Positions 13,095 through 25,690 of a stretch of 64,000 bases of DNA are shown in pieces (position 1 is the stretch's first letter; every line of letters starts with the position of its first letter). The notes beneath the pieces are model-generated. The model was not told where the DNA came from and did no database searches. It saw only the letters and a program-made list of their open reading frames with translations. The translations under genes and the position numbers were made by a program. The stretch is from the NCBI RefSeq assembly GCF_006345805.1, contig NC_043023.1:744001-808000 (forward strand), read 5' to 3'. The stretch comes from Octopus sinensis. Lineage: Eukaryota.

Positions 13095-13604
13095 TCTATA
13101 TATATAAAACTGTAGTTGTGTGAGTGTCTGTCTCCTACGATTTAGATTCCTAACTCCTCCCACATTTTGCGGTGCAGTTTAACCAAATTCGGGTATCTTA
13201 TAGTCGTGATTCATATCGAGCCCATCTGACTATTAGCGCGCATCTACGATGAGTCTACGATTTTAAAATTAATTTAACATAATTTTTTATTCCATTTTAA
13301 TGCATAATTTTTCGTGTGTCGATGGCAGCGGAGTTGGCGTCCATGGTCACACATGCACCTGTTTGCTTCTCCCCCTTCTTCCCTCCCTCGTGAAGCTGTG
13401 GGGAGGGAGTGTAAGGAAATCAACGTCGTAATGCGTTGTCAAGGAGACCACGTTCTTTTAGAACACGACTTCATGGCTTGAAGACACCAAAACAGAAATG
13501 GCTAAGAAAGCCCGAATTGGCATCTATAAGGGAAGTAACTCTCTAAAAATGCTTATATAGTTATTTCCCTTACAAACCCGAGCAGCGCCGGGCGATACTG
13601 CTAG
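13095..13604 (+). mobile_element. Non-autonomous Helitron
   Basis: A|TC start, subterminal hairpin cccg-agcagcgc-cggg, CTAG|T end, no TSD. Confidence 0.85.
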
Positions 13605-13855
13605 TATATATATAATTCTGTGTATATATGTGTGTCTGTGATGTATAACTGCACAGTCACTTGCAGAATGAACACCTGCATACACGCTCACTATTTTTAA
13701 AAACCTTAATTAAAAGTATTAAAAAGTATTAATTAAAAGTATTAATTAAAAGTATTAATTAAAAGAATTATTTAGGAACGTTCTTTAGACACCAATGCTG
13801 TTGCATGACTTCGCCTGTGTAAAGTTCCTGATGTTTTTATAATATTATTACCATA

Positions 13856-14372
13856 GGCGCAGGAGTGGCTGTGTGGTAAGTAGCTTGCTTACCAACCACA
13901 TGGTTCCGGGTTTAGTCCCACTGCGTGGCGTCTTGGGCAAGAGTCTTCTGCTATAGCCCAGGGCTGACCAATGCCTTGTGAGTGGATTTGGTAGACGGAA
14001 ACTGAAAGAAGCCTGTCGTACATGTGTATATATATATATATATATGTGTGTGTTTGTGTGTCTGTGTCTGCCTCCCGATGCTGGTGTGTTTACGTCCCCA
14101 TCACTTAGCGGTTCGGCAAAATGACCGATAGAATAAGTACTGGGCTTACAAAAGAATAAGTCCCGGGGTCGATTTGCTCGACTAAAGGTGGTGCTCCAGC
14201 ATGGCCGCAGTCAAATGACTGAAACAAGTAAAAGAGTAAAAGAGAAAAGAGACCAATAGAATAAGTACTGGGCTTCCAAAGAATAAGTCCCGGGGTCGAT
14301 TTGCTCGACTAAAGGCGGTGCTCCAGCATGGCCGCAGTCAAATGACTGAAACAAGTAAAAGAGTAAAAGAGA
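13856..14372 (+). mobile_element. Full-length young SINE family A with tandemly duplicated 3' ~120 bp
   Basis: GGCGCAGGAGTGGCTGTGTGG head, B box, internal microsatellite, (gagtaaaa)n tail present twice. Confidence 0.92.
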
Positions 14373-14504
14373 GTATGAGAACCAGAAATTAAATCAAAGG
14401 CATGAGCTGGAAGCAACTGTCTTTGCATGTGTCATTCGGAAATGTTTTTAAAGAGCAGAACATAAGGATAAGCACTTGCTTCAAAGTTACATTTCTTATT
14501 TCAG

Positions 14505-14599
14505 AATATTTTAAAGGAAAACCAGGTTTAGTTTATCAGCTGGTGACTGGAAATGATGGAAATGAGCAACTCTTAGGACTGAAAGATTGGAGCCTTTCA
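14505..14599 (+). other. Weak candidate coding exon (EYFKGKPGLVYQLVTGNDGNEQLLGLKDWSLS)
   Basis: atttcttatttcAG acceptor and open frame in unique sequence; donor is weak. Confidence 0.2.
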
Positions 14600-14639
14600 G
14601 TTACAATATATTAAAGGACACCCTACACATGTATTGAGT

Positions 14640-14900
14640 CCTGTAATTTATTGTTTCTGGCATGGGTTGGACAGTTTGACTGGGGCTGGCACGCTGGAAG
14701 AGTACACCAGAGTCCTGTCCGATTTCGCATGGTTTTCTATAGCTGAATGCCCTTCTTAACACAAACCACTCTGACATTGTAATAGGTGCTTTTACATTCC
14801 ACTGGCACAGGTGCCATTTGCATGACACCAAGGTGTGTTTATGTGCCACCGACACAGGTGCCAATTTGTGTGATTGTGTTTGGCTTGATGGGTCTTCTTC
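14640..14900 (-). mobile_element. RTE 3'-UTR fragment
   Basis: catgggttggacag...gaatgcccttcttaac matches the RTE tail. Confidence 0.75.
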
Positions 14901-15329
14901 TCAAGCATGACATAATGTAACCAAATAATAAGACAAAAAAATTCTTTAACACATCTTTAATGATTCATTACAATTGTTTCTGCACCAGCGCTGCTTGCAA
15001 TGCCTGTAGAAAATTTATGTAATGTTTGCAGTTTTAGACATTGAAAGTGACACTTCATCAGACTTGCATCACAGGTGTGCTGCCATATTGTACATCTTCT
15101 AGGCATTGGTTTTTTCTTCGGCTTATATTCTTTTATTTTTTTATATGTTTCAGTCCAATGATTGTAGCCATGCTGGAGCACCACCATTAAAATATTGTGC
15201 ATGGAGAATCCGGGCAATGATCCTAGTACCTCTCGCATGTTACTCAGAAAATAACAGCAGACGACCTACCAAATCCACTCACAAGATTTTTGTATATATA
15301 TGTATGTATGGGGAGAATTCACAAGAAAG

Positions 15330-15510
15330 ACAAAGACAGGTGGTGTAAACAACAAACAGATGTATTAGTATAATGCTCGGGAAATGAAAAAGTCTTTAAC
15401 GTTTCGAACCTACGCTCTTCCACAGAAAGGAACACAGAAAGAAATAAGGAGAGAAAATAAAGAATGTGTAGTGGCTAACAATCTATCATGGCGAATGCCG
15501 GACAGAGGGG
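15330..15510 (-). mobile_element. Short HHR-bearing element (Penelope-like-type fragment)
   Basis: Minus strand 15394-15429: cttt-CTGTGGA-a-gagc/gttc-GAAA-cg-TT-aaag. Confidence 0.65.
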
Positions 15511-15784
15511 TCACACAGGAGAGCTAGGAAGAAGGGGAGATAATAAAGTAGTGTATGTATGTGCACATATTTGTGTGTCTGTGTTTGTTCCCCACCCCCA
15601 TCGCTTGACAACCGATGCTGGTGTGTTTATGTCTCTGTAACTTAGTGGTTCGGCAAAAGAGACCAATAGAATAAGTACTAGGCTTACAAAGAATAAGTCC
15701 TGGGATCGATTTGTTTGACTAAAAGGTGGTGCTCCAGCATGGCCACAGTCAAATGACTGAAACAAGTAAAAGAATATATATGTG

Positions 15785-16140
15785 ATCAATCGAGCAAATC
15801 GACCCCAGGACTTATTCTTTGTAAGCCTAGTACTTATTCTATCGGGTCTCTTTTGCTGAATCACTAAGTTACAGAGACATAAACATAACAGCATCGATTG
15901 TCAAGTGATGTTGGGAGGGGACAAACAAAGACACACAAACATACACACACACACACACCACATATATATATATATGCATATATACAACGCTTCTTTCAGT
16001 TTCCTTCTACCAAATCCACTCACAAGGCTTTGGTCAGCCTGAGGCTATAGCAGAAGACACTTGCCCAAGGTGCCACGCAGTGGGACTGAACCCGGAACCA
16101 TGTGGTTGGTTAGCAAGCTACTTACCACACAGCCACTCCT
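15785..16140 (-). mobile_element. SINE family A, tail-to-tail with a plus-strand partial copy at ~15570-15775
   Basis: Reverse-complement match to family A. Confidence 0.88.
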
Positions 16141-16500
16141 ACTCATATAATTATACATGTATGTACACACTCACACACACACATATATATGTATGTATGT
16201 ATATATATATATATATAATTGTTTCTATATACAATTATATTCATAATAATTAATTATCTGTACATGATTATATATGCATAATATATATATATAGTACATA
16301 CATTTATTATTATGTGTGTGTGGTGTGTGTATAATTATAATTATATTCACAGTTGTATTTGAGTATATGAATACACACATATGCACACACATGAGTGGTG
16401 TAGAGGAGAGTGAGGGGAGGGTTGGTATATGTGCATGAACATATAGCTTCAAGGAAGAGAAGATACTATGGAAGGAAGGAAGGAACAAAAATGACTTCAC

Positions 16501-16578
16501 GTAAACCGGAAATGGGTTGCTGGCACCATAATGGGATTCCTTAGTTAGCAAACGCCAGCCTCTGGTGGATCCTACTGA
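16501..16578 (-). other. Candidate internal coding exon (SVGSTRGWRLLTKESHYGASNPFPVY)
   Basis: ttttaccattttcAG acceptor, only one open frame, phase-0 donor at 16500 (GTGAAG) or 16506; phase-compatible with 3564-3680. Confidence 0.3.
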
Positions 16579-16611
16579 CTGAAAATGGTAAAAGTCGGTG
16601 AACATACTTGC

Positions 16612-16661
<50 letters not shown>

Positions 16662-17021
16662 TACATACATACATACATACACATATCATATCATGTCTGT
16701 TCTATTCATATATATGTGCATGTATATATATATAATATATATATATATACATACATACAATATATACATACATGCATACATATTGATATCAGTTATATCT
16801 GTTCTATTCATATATGTGCATATATATATATATATATTATATATATTATATATATATATATATTAATACACACATTAACACACATATACACAGTATGTGT
16901 ATGTATACACAGAGTATGTAAGAGTGCATTTAATTAAGCATGTATATATTACTGTGTTAATTAATTTTTCTGAAACACCCATGGATTTGTATCTAGAGAA
17001 ACAGGGAATGACTATGTATAC

Positions 17022-17053
<32 letters not shown>

Positions 17054-17559
17054 TATATATAATATATATACACACACATACATATATGATATAGTAGTCT
17101 GTGTGTCTATGCAATTTTATACACACACATGTATGTATATATATATATGTGTGTGGAGAGAGAGAGGGAAAGAGAAAGAGCTATCTAATTTGTTATATAC
17201 ACCAAATATGTCCTATAATTATTATATACACTGTATGTTATCATCATAATGTAAAGCCTATGTTCCATACTTGCATGGATTGTACGATTCAAGGAGAGAT
17301 GGTGAGGGCAGGTACTTCACCAGGCTTCAAGTTGTCTGTTTTGGCTTGGATTTTGTGGCCAGATGCCCTTCCTAATGCCAACCACTTCGCAGAGTGTACC
17401 AGCGCTTTTGATGTGCTACCATCATCAGTACATTTTATGTGGCACCATCACAAATGCTTTTTACATGGCACCCACACCAGTGCTTTTTATGTGGCACTAT
17501 CATGATTGCTTTTTATATGGCACCATCACCAGTGCTTTATATGTCAGTTACGACAATGA

Positions 17560-18140
17560 GGGTCCCAGCTGATATGATCAATGGAACAGCTTGCTCGTGA
17601 AATTAATGAGCAAGGGGCTGAGTAATCCACAGACACGTGTACCCTTAACATAGTTCTCGGAGAGATTCAGTGAGACACAGCGTGTGACAAGGCGAGCCCT
17701 TTTGAATGACAGGTACAACTCATTTTTGCCAGCTGAGTGAACTGGAATAAGGTGAAATAAAGTGTCTTGCTCAAGGACACGGCGAATACCCAAACTGCTA
17801 ATCCATGCACCTCCACTAAACACTGGTTCTCCGTCAGTTACGACGACGAGTGTTCCAGTTGATCCGATCAGAGGAACATTTTACTCGTGGAATCAATAAG
17901 CAAGTGGCTGAGCACTCCGTAGACACGTGTACCTTTAATGTAGTTCTCAAGGAGATTCAGAAAGTTACAGAGTGTGACAAGGCTGACCCTCTTGAATTAC
18001 AGGTAAAACTCGTTTTTGCCAGCTGAGTGAACTGGAGCAACATGAAATAAATTACTCAAGGACACAATGTGTCACCAGGAATCGAACTCACGACCTTAGA
18101 ATCATGAGCCGAATGCCCTAACCACTAAGCCACATGCCTT
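17560..18140 (-). mobile_element. Two tandem tRNA-derived SINEs (family B head/core, different tail)
   Basis: Two copies of gtcagttacgac...cagctgagtgaactgga...aaggacac; tRNA-like head visible at ~18070-18140. Confidence 0.8.
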
Positions 18141-18967
18141 CACAATATTATCTCCAGTGCTTTACACATGGCACCATCACCAGTGCTTTTCAGGTGTTAG
18201 GGAATGAAATGAGGCTGGAGGAAGAAAGTTGATGGGGCAGAACCCTTCATGGACTTTCATATTTATAAATCAGGATAGGAGAGATATTTGAGAACACTTA
18301 ATCATCAGTATATTATGTTCTTTATTTAGAGGTTTTTATTTCATTTACACACCCATGGCAGATAAAGTGTTAACACAAGAAATTGAAAGACATGCAGTCA
18401 TTATTGCTATTTTTGTGGAACACACACATATGTATGTATATATATATATATATAATGGCAATGAAAAGTCTGAAGGACTTGTGCTCCCATTAGGAGCCTG
18501 TAAAACTTGAAGTAGCATGGAACCAAATCAAACTGTTTTTAATAATGATGATAATAATAATGGTTTCAAATTTTGCCACAAGGGTAACCATTTTGTGGTG
18601 GGGGATGTGTCGATTACGTCATCCCCAGTGTCCAATTGGTATTTAATTTATCAACCCCGAAAGGATGAAAAGCAAAGTCAACCTCAAAGAATTTGAATTG
18701 AGAATGTAGTGTCTGGTGAAATACCACTAAGCATTTAGCCCAGCATGCTAATGAGTCTACCAGCTCACCGCTTTAATCCATGCAACCTACATGGATTTAT
18801 GCAGGATTGCACCTAAGGACTAATGGACTTATTTCTACAAGATCGGAAAGTTGAACTGTGAGCTTTTATGCTTTTTTTCTTTCTCTTTCTTCATCTCCTT
18901 ATTCCTTTACTCCTGTCCTCTATGTCATCATTTCATCAATCTATACCCTTCTCATTTTCCCTATTTG

Positions 18968-19021
18968 TCTCCACTGATGGAATATTCCATACTCTGGTAT
19001 ATCCCAGAAACGGTTGTAAGA
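18968..19021 (+). ncRNA. HHR-like motif with variant core
   Basis: tct-CCACTGA-tggaatat/atatccca-GAAA-cggttg-TA-aga; topology matches a type I HHR but the core deviates. Confidence 0.4.
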
Positions 19022-19507
19022 GTTTGAATGGTTTTTTTTCCAATAATGATAATGTATAAGACTTGAGATGTTTGCCTTGCCTTAATGTTTGTTGTCCTCT
19101 TGGGCAAATGTCCTGTATTATGGTCTTGGGCTGACCAAAAACTTGTGAATGAATTTGGTAGATAGAAAATAATTGAAGCCCATTGTACATATATATATGT
19201 ATATATGTGTGTGTATATATGTGTGTGTATGTGTGCATGTGTATATGTTGGTTTTGTACCTGTGTTTGCATCTCTGTAACTTAGCAGTTTGGCAAAAGAC
19301 TTGATAGAAAAAGTACCAGGCTTAAAAAAATGAAATATAAATACAAGGGTTGATTGATTCGACTAAAAATTCTTCAAAACAGTGCCCCAGCATGACCGCA
19401 AACAAATGACTGAAACAAGTAAAAGAATAAACAATAAACACTAAACGAAATAGCTAAAGATGAAAATATCACCGAAGAATTGAGCACTGTATACAATAAT
19501 TTCATCA

Positions 19508-19559
<52 letters not shown>

Positions 19560-20069
19560 CATTATTATTATTATTATTATTAAACCATACTGCAGCTTAC
19601 ACTTGAGTTTCGCATTTTCCGCTTTCATTGTATAAAGATTAAACAACCAAAACTACTTAGGAAGAAGGGAAGAAAAAAACGGTCTTCTTTTGTTGTGATG
19701 GAATTTGCCACGTAAGAACATTTTGTCTTGCATCAATGCCTATTTGTAATAATTGCCAAATAAAGGGTATTTTTGGCAATAGTGTTTAAAACTGAAGTCA
19801 TTATCAAAAAGCGTCTTTTCATTCAGGTTCGCCGTTTTAACCATCAACAACATCAAGTTAAGTAATAGCTGTTTTAGGTGATTTTTCTTGAAGATGCCGG
19901 GCGTATTGCCACTTCAGTTTTTGGCTAATGGACATCTTTTAAATGCTTTGGTGGGTTCATGTAGTCCTTACATATATAATATATATATAATAAATATTAT
20001 ACACATTTTAACATATATATATATACTACTATATACAAACATTTGTAACCATATATAGATAGATATATA

Positions 20070-20113
<44 letters not shown>

Positions 20114-21014
20114 AGTTGTATATATAAACAAACGTATATGTATATATAGATAGATAAATATGTATATAAATATATATACATACTTATATGAACATGTTTA
20201 TACATATGTATATATAAATATATAAAGTTTGTTGTCCTCTTAAACACTTATATTCATACATATGTATTATGTATATATACTTAGGTATGTGTATATATAC
20301 ATACATACAGATATGTGTATATACATATATATACATATAGATATGTGTATATACATATATATATACATACATTCATATATATATACATATATATGCATAC
20401 ACACATATACATATTTACAAAGACACATGTATATTTCTAAATACATGTGTTTATATATACAAATATATATATGTATGTGTGCATGCATGTGTGTGTGTGT
20501 GTGTGTGTGTGTTTTAGGGACAGAGAGAGAGAGAGATGGATACACGTGCCTATATAAAATATTCTGGCACATTTTAAAGGTTTTCTTTCCATAATCTTTT
20601 AGATGTTTTTGAAAAATGTTTCATTTTGTTATTGTGCTGATAAAGAATTTTCCTAAGACGAATCTTCATTCTCTTTTAAATTTAAAACCATTACATCGCA
20701 AAACAAGATGCTTTCCCTCCATTCACCTTTGGCCATCAAACTCTGACCATCGTTTTGACCCCTCACCACACCAGCAGTAGAGGTCAAATCGCTGGTCATT
20801 TCTTTCCAACTTAACTCTTCTCTTTGGCACCATAACCAGCAAAAGAGTCTCCCTCGACTGTGTCTCCTGCCCTGCACACAGCTGCCTTTGTCTCTCTTCC
20901 ACTTATTTTATCGGTCTCTTTTTTGAACTGCTAAGTTATGGGGATGTAAACACAGCTACACCAGTAGTATATATATAAATACTTTATTTAAAGCAGCAGA
21001 AAATTCAACAAAAC

Positions 21015-21052
21015 CTGTTACTCTGAGTTTCCCGTTGCCGTTCATCGGACAG
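21015..21052 (-). ncRNA. Minimal type I HHR motif, degenerate
   Basis: ctgt-CCGATGA-a-cgg caa cgg-GAAA-ctc a gag-TA-acag, in a ~150-bp element between (TA)n tracts. Confidence 0.6.
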
Positions 21053-21410
21053 TTTTTGCTAGAATTACTCTACCACTGGTATTTGAGTACTCTCTTTTCC
21101 ACCTTGTTTCACATTTATGTGTTTACTCCGGTATATATATATATATATATAATACATTTCTAAATCTCTCAGAGAGATTTATACAGTGGTGATACGATAA
21201 AGTAGTTGTATGCTGTCAACTTAATGTGACAGTCCCATGGAGGGACTAATACTACTGCTATGTAGCCCTTATATATGTGTGTGTGTGTGTGTGTGTGTGA
21301 AGCATACTGAGTACCAGAGCCTTTTTGCAGAACTGAGAAGATACATTGCTGAACTGTTATTTTGATATCAATAATAAATCTCTGAGCAAGGTATAAACAG
21401 TAGCTGCGCG

Positions 21411-21963
21411 ACATTGTGAAGTATATTTGCCATTTAAATGTGGCTAACCCCTAAGGGTGGATGCTACTGTAGTTTCTAGCCCCAGGAAGACATCTCCCCC
21501 AGCTGGTTATGACACACTTTCTGTGCCCTATCAGTATTTGCAAAGGGAAGCCATCCTTCCCGTCTCCAATCTGATATGATACACACTGACCCGAGTTTCT
21601 GGGTATTGACCCATCATCAGCGTGTGACAATCACCAATTGCCGATGCAAAGTGCTTCCCAATGCACACACATATATCCTTTTTCCAGTGACGAAAAGTCA
21701 CTGATATCGAAAAAGTATAAACAAACAATAATAAATCTCTGATTGTCACACGCTGATCATGGGTCAGTATCCAGAAACTCAGTTCTATGTGTATCATGTC
21801 AGGTTGGAGACAGGAAGGATGGCTTCGCTTTGCAAATACTAACAGGGTACAGAAAGTGTGTCAATAGCCAGCTGGAGGAAGTGTCCTCCTGGGGCTACAA
21901 ACTACAGTAGCATCCACCCTGAAGGGTTAGCCACATTTAAATGGCAAATATACTTCACGATAT
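21411..21963. mobile_element. Foldback element, ~218-bp diverged arms, each carrying an HHR
   Basis: 21415-21632 is inverted relative to 21741-21959; HHRs at 21582-21626 (-) and 21747-21791 (+). Confidence 0.85.
21582..21626 (-). ncRNA. Type I hammerhead ribozyme motif, near-intact
   Basis: cacacg-CTGATGA-tgggt caat accca-GAAA-ctcggg-TC-agtgtg; canonical core, perfect stem II, GUC triplet, one stem I mismatch. Confidence 0.75.
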
Positions 21964-22391
21964 ATGTTGTATATATATATATATATATATAATACAAACT
22001 AAGATAGGGGTTATGGGTGTAACCCACTATGGGATAGTATTTATCCAATATACTGTTGGTGAAGTACCCAGATTCTTAATACATAAATGTTTTTAATTGT
22101 ATTAAATGGGTGAAGGTAAAGGAATATTTTTACCGTAAATTTATAATACAAATAAGAAAATGGAGAAACAAATTTAGTTTGTTCATCAACTTATGGATAT
22201 TATAATGTTGGATTATTTATTCATTTTACAAATGAGAATATCAAAAGCATACAAAAATATTATATAAATCAATAGATAAGATAATAATACAAATACAGAT
22301 TTTAAAAGTTATACTATAAATTAATGAAACCCTAAAAATTACTTCTTACAGCTGTTTCAGCTTATGGTCAAAAGTAATATATATATATATA

Positions 22392-22441
<50 letters not shown>

Positions 22442-22647
22442 TCCCTGCACCATCACTTGATAACTGGTATTGGTGTGTTTATGTCCCTGTGAATTAGTGG
22501 TTCACTAAAGAGACCAAGAGAATAAGTATTAGGCTTGTGAAGAATAGGTCCTGAGTTTGAGTTCTTCAACTAAAAAACCCTTTAAGGCAGTGCTCCAGCA
22601 TGACCACAGTCAAATGACTGAAACAACTTAAAGAATAAAAGAATGTA

Positions 22648-23472
22648 TGTGGTCTGATCAATAAGTATCAGAACTGTTGCCATAGTAATAAACTTATAGC
22701 ATGCAGAGTGAAGCTGCTAGGCACAGATTGATCTTGAACTCTGATGTGCATGTGCACTAACTTTTTAATGTTCTAGCTCACTTTTGCTGTTTACAGCAGT
22801 GCTTGGAAGGAACATGTGTAGTGTGTGATCGTCACATTGACTATGGCAGAGAAAGTTGAGCAGAGAACCTGTATCAAATTTTGCTAAAAGGTTGGTGATA
22901 CCTGCTCAGAGGCCTATGCAAAGTTTTCAAAAAGTTTTCATTGTTCTCAACACAATCAAGATTTTGTGCAACTGAAACCCAAGTGTCTTTTTGGTCAGCA
23001 GAAAGCAGTTTTGGCACACACGTCTCATATCCAAATCTTCAGTGATTAGGGACTGACCTGAACTCTAACTAATCTGCACATCCTCTGATAACTCATGGAT
23101 GGTGATTCGACATTCACCCTCACAGCTGCACACAGTTGTGTGATGTTTTACTCAGTTCTGCTGGTTGCGGGTCTCTCTATCAACATTTTTTCGGCCAACT
23201 TGGAAATGTTTGAACCGCTTATACACTTGTGGCAACTTTGTGTAGACCTCTGAGCAGGTATCGCCATGACAACTTTCTCTGTCACGGTCAATGCAACGAT
23301 CACATGCTACACACCTTCCTTCCAAGCACTGCTGTAAACAACAGAAGTGAGCTAGGATGTTGAAACTTAGTGTGCATGCACAGCAGAGTTCAAGGTCAAT
23401 CAGTGACAGTAGCAATAGTGCCTTAGGTTCATTGCTATGGCAACAGTCCAAATACTTATTGATCATATCTCT
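22648..23472 (-). mobile_element. Mariner-derived non-autonomous foldback element
   Basis: TA flanks; TIR tgatcaataagtat...actgttgccatag; minus strand encodes a decayed mariner transposase N-half (YKRFKHFQVGR...RITIHELSEDVQIS...EDLDMRRV...PKLLSADQK), broken by stops and frameshifts. Confidence 0.85.
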
Positions 23473-23640
23473 TATATGTGTACCCATATATGCATGTATA
23501 TATACATATATATGTAGTATGTACATATATTTATATATTATATATATATAGAAGGAACAAACAACAATATGTACATATATATATATATATATATATAATA
23601 TATATATAATATATAATATATGTACATATTGTTGTTTGTT

Positions 23641-23934
23641 CCTTCTCAAGCAATGCCTGACTCATAGGGCCGGTTTCCTGGTTTCCTTGGCGTATAGGTT
23701 CCCCCACCTGGACAGGACGCTGGTCCGTCGCAGGTGAGCTGCAAGATGCAGGAGGAAAGAGTGAGAGAAAGCTGTGGCATAAGAGTCAGCAGAAGTTCGT
23801 CATTACCTTCTGCCGGAGCCACGTGGAGCTTAGGTGTTTCCCTCATAAACACACACATCACCCAGTCTGAGATTCGAACCCGCAATCCTTCGACTGTAAG
23901 TCCGCTACTCTAACCACTAGGCCATGTGCCTCCA
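23641..23934 (-). mobile_element. tRNA-derived SINE family C (Meta-domain-like centre)
   Basis: Head tggcctagtggttagag...ggttcgaatc; central cctgcgacggaccagcgtcctgtccagg resembles the MetaSINE domain as recalled, not aligned. Confidence 0.75.
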
Positions 23935-23951
23935 CATATATATATATATAA

Positions 23952-24281
23952 TAAAGGGTAAAGACCCCCTTCGGTCATGAATGACCATGGGATTGCACCT
24001 AGAAAGTTACCCTCCTAGACACAAGTCCGGGCAAGGTTGTTTATGGAAGACCAGCAGTTGCCCATGCATACCAGCCTCCCCTCTCCACGCCACCAGTGTT
24101 ATCCAAGGGAAAGACAAAGGTCGATACAGCTTGGCACCAGTGACGTCGCAACTCATTTCTACAGCTGAGTGAACTGGAGCAACGTGAAATAAAGTGCCTT
24201 GCTCGAGAACACAACACGCAGCCCGGTCCGGGATTCGAGCTCACAACCTTACGATCGTAAGCTCGACGCTCTAACCACTGA

Positions 24282-24286
<5 letters not shown>
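23952..24286 (-). mobile_element. Young tRNA-derived SINE family B (Arg-like head)
   Basis: TGGCTCAGTGG A box, ctt-ACG-at anticodon-like loop, agctcgaatccc B box, then a non-tRNA body. Confidence 0.9.
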
Positions 24287-24341
<55 letters not shown>

Positions 24342-24409
24342 GTATATATATTCTTTAATAAAATAGTGGTAACATGATTTCAGTGCTGTTGAGGCTCGTG
24401 CCAGTATTG

Positions 24410-24900
24410 GTGGCGGTATTGGTGGTGGCTGTGTTGGTTGTGGAGGTGGTTGGGGTGGTACTGGTAGTTTTGATAAATTAGGGTTCTCTACGTACCAGAT
24501 GTTTGATGTGTGGAATTTCGGAATGGTAATTACGGTGGTGGTGGTGGAGGGGAGTAGATGGTGGTGGTGGTGGTGGTGGTGATAGTGAGAGTAGTATGGG
24601 TAGTGCTATTAGTTGTGGTAGTAGCAGTAGTAGTAGTGGTAATGGTAGCAGCAGTGACAGTATTAATAGGAGTAGTAGTAGTAGTAGCAGGGGTGGTGGT
24701 GGTGGTGGTGGTGGTAGTGGTGGTGGTCATGAGGAGGAACAAGATGGCAGTGATGGTGGTGCCAGTGGTTGTTGGGATGTTTATGATGGTGTTGATGATG
24801 ATGATGACGGTGGTGGTGGTGGTGGTGGTGGTTGTGTTGGCATTGGTTGTGTTGGCATTGGTAGTGATGGTCGTGTGTGGGGTTGGTTGGGGTGATGGTG
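24410..24900. repeat. (GGT)n/(AGT)n/(GAT)n trinucleotide mosaic
   Basis: Direct inspection. Confidence 0.9.
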
Positions 24901-25229
24901 TTTTAGAATATCATATTTCAGTTGGACAGAGCGAGAGAGGGAGAAAAAGGTGTGTGAGTAAGAGGGGGGGATAGAATAAGGGAGGAGTGGAAAGTAGGGG
25001 TTCAGAATGAAGTGTAAGGAGAGAGAGAGGTGGGTGCAGAGAAGAGAGAGAGAGAGGAGTAGGGAGAAAGAGAGAGAGAAACACATAGAGACAAGGTGAA
25101 AGAGAGGGAGGGAGAGAGGAGGTAGAAGGGAGTTGAAGAGGCAGGTGGAGGGAAATATAGAAAAAGAGAGTGAAGAGACAGAGAAATACAGGAAAAATAA
25201 GGGAGAGAGCGAGAGAGAGACAGAGAGAA

Positions 25230-25690
25230 AGAGAGCAGAGGGAAATAGAGGGGGAGAGAAATAAAGGAAAAGCAAGGAGGAGAGGGAGAGCGAGAGGCAG
25301 GGAGAAAGAGAGCAGAGGGGAATGGAGAGGAAGAGAAATACAGGAAAAGCAAGGAGGAGAGGGAGAGCGAGAGGCAGGGAGAAAGAGAGCAGAGGGGAAT
25401 GGAGAGGAAGAGAAATAAAGGAAAAGCAAGGAGGAGAGGGAGAGCGAGAGGCAGGGAGAAAGAGAGCAGAGGGGAATGGAGAGGAAGAGAAATAAAGGAA
25501 AAGCAAGGAGGAGAGGGAGAGCGAGAGGCAGGGAGAAAGAGAGCAGAGGGGAATGGAGAGGAAGAGAAATAAAGGAAAAGCAAGGAGGAGAGGGAGAGCG
25601 AGAGGCAGGGAGAAAGAGAGCAGAGGGGAATGGAGAGGAAGAGAAATACAGGAAAAGCAAGGAGGAGAGGGAGAGAGAGGCAGGAAAAGC
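25230..25690. repeat. 77-bp purine-rich minisatellite, ~6 copies, inside a polypurine tract (24925-25800)
   Basis: aatggagaggaagagaaat recurs at 25321, 25398, 25475, 25552 and 25629. Confidence 0.92.

Noticed and set aside
19595-19635. HHR-like motif on the minus strand (CAATGA...GAAActcaagtgTA)
   Set aside because: Core is broken and stem I does not pair
23952-24286. tRNA genes suggested by A/B boxes and anticodon-like loops
   Set aside because: Heads continue into shared non-tRNA bodies and lack a paired acceptor stem; they are SINEs
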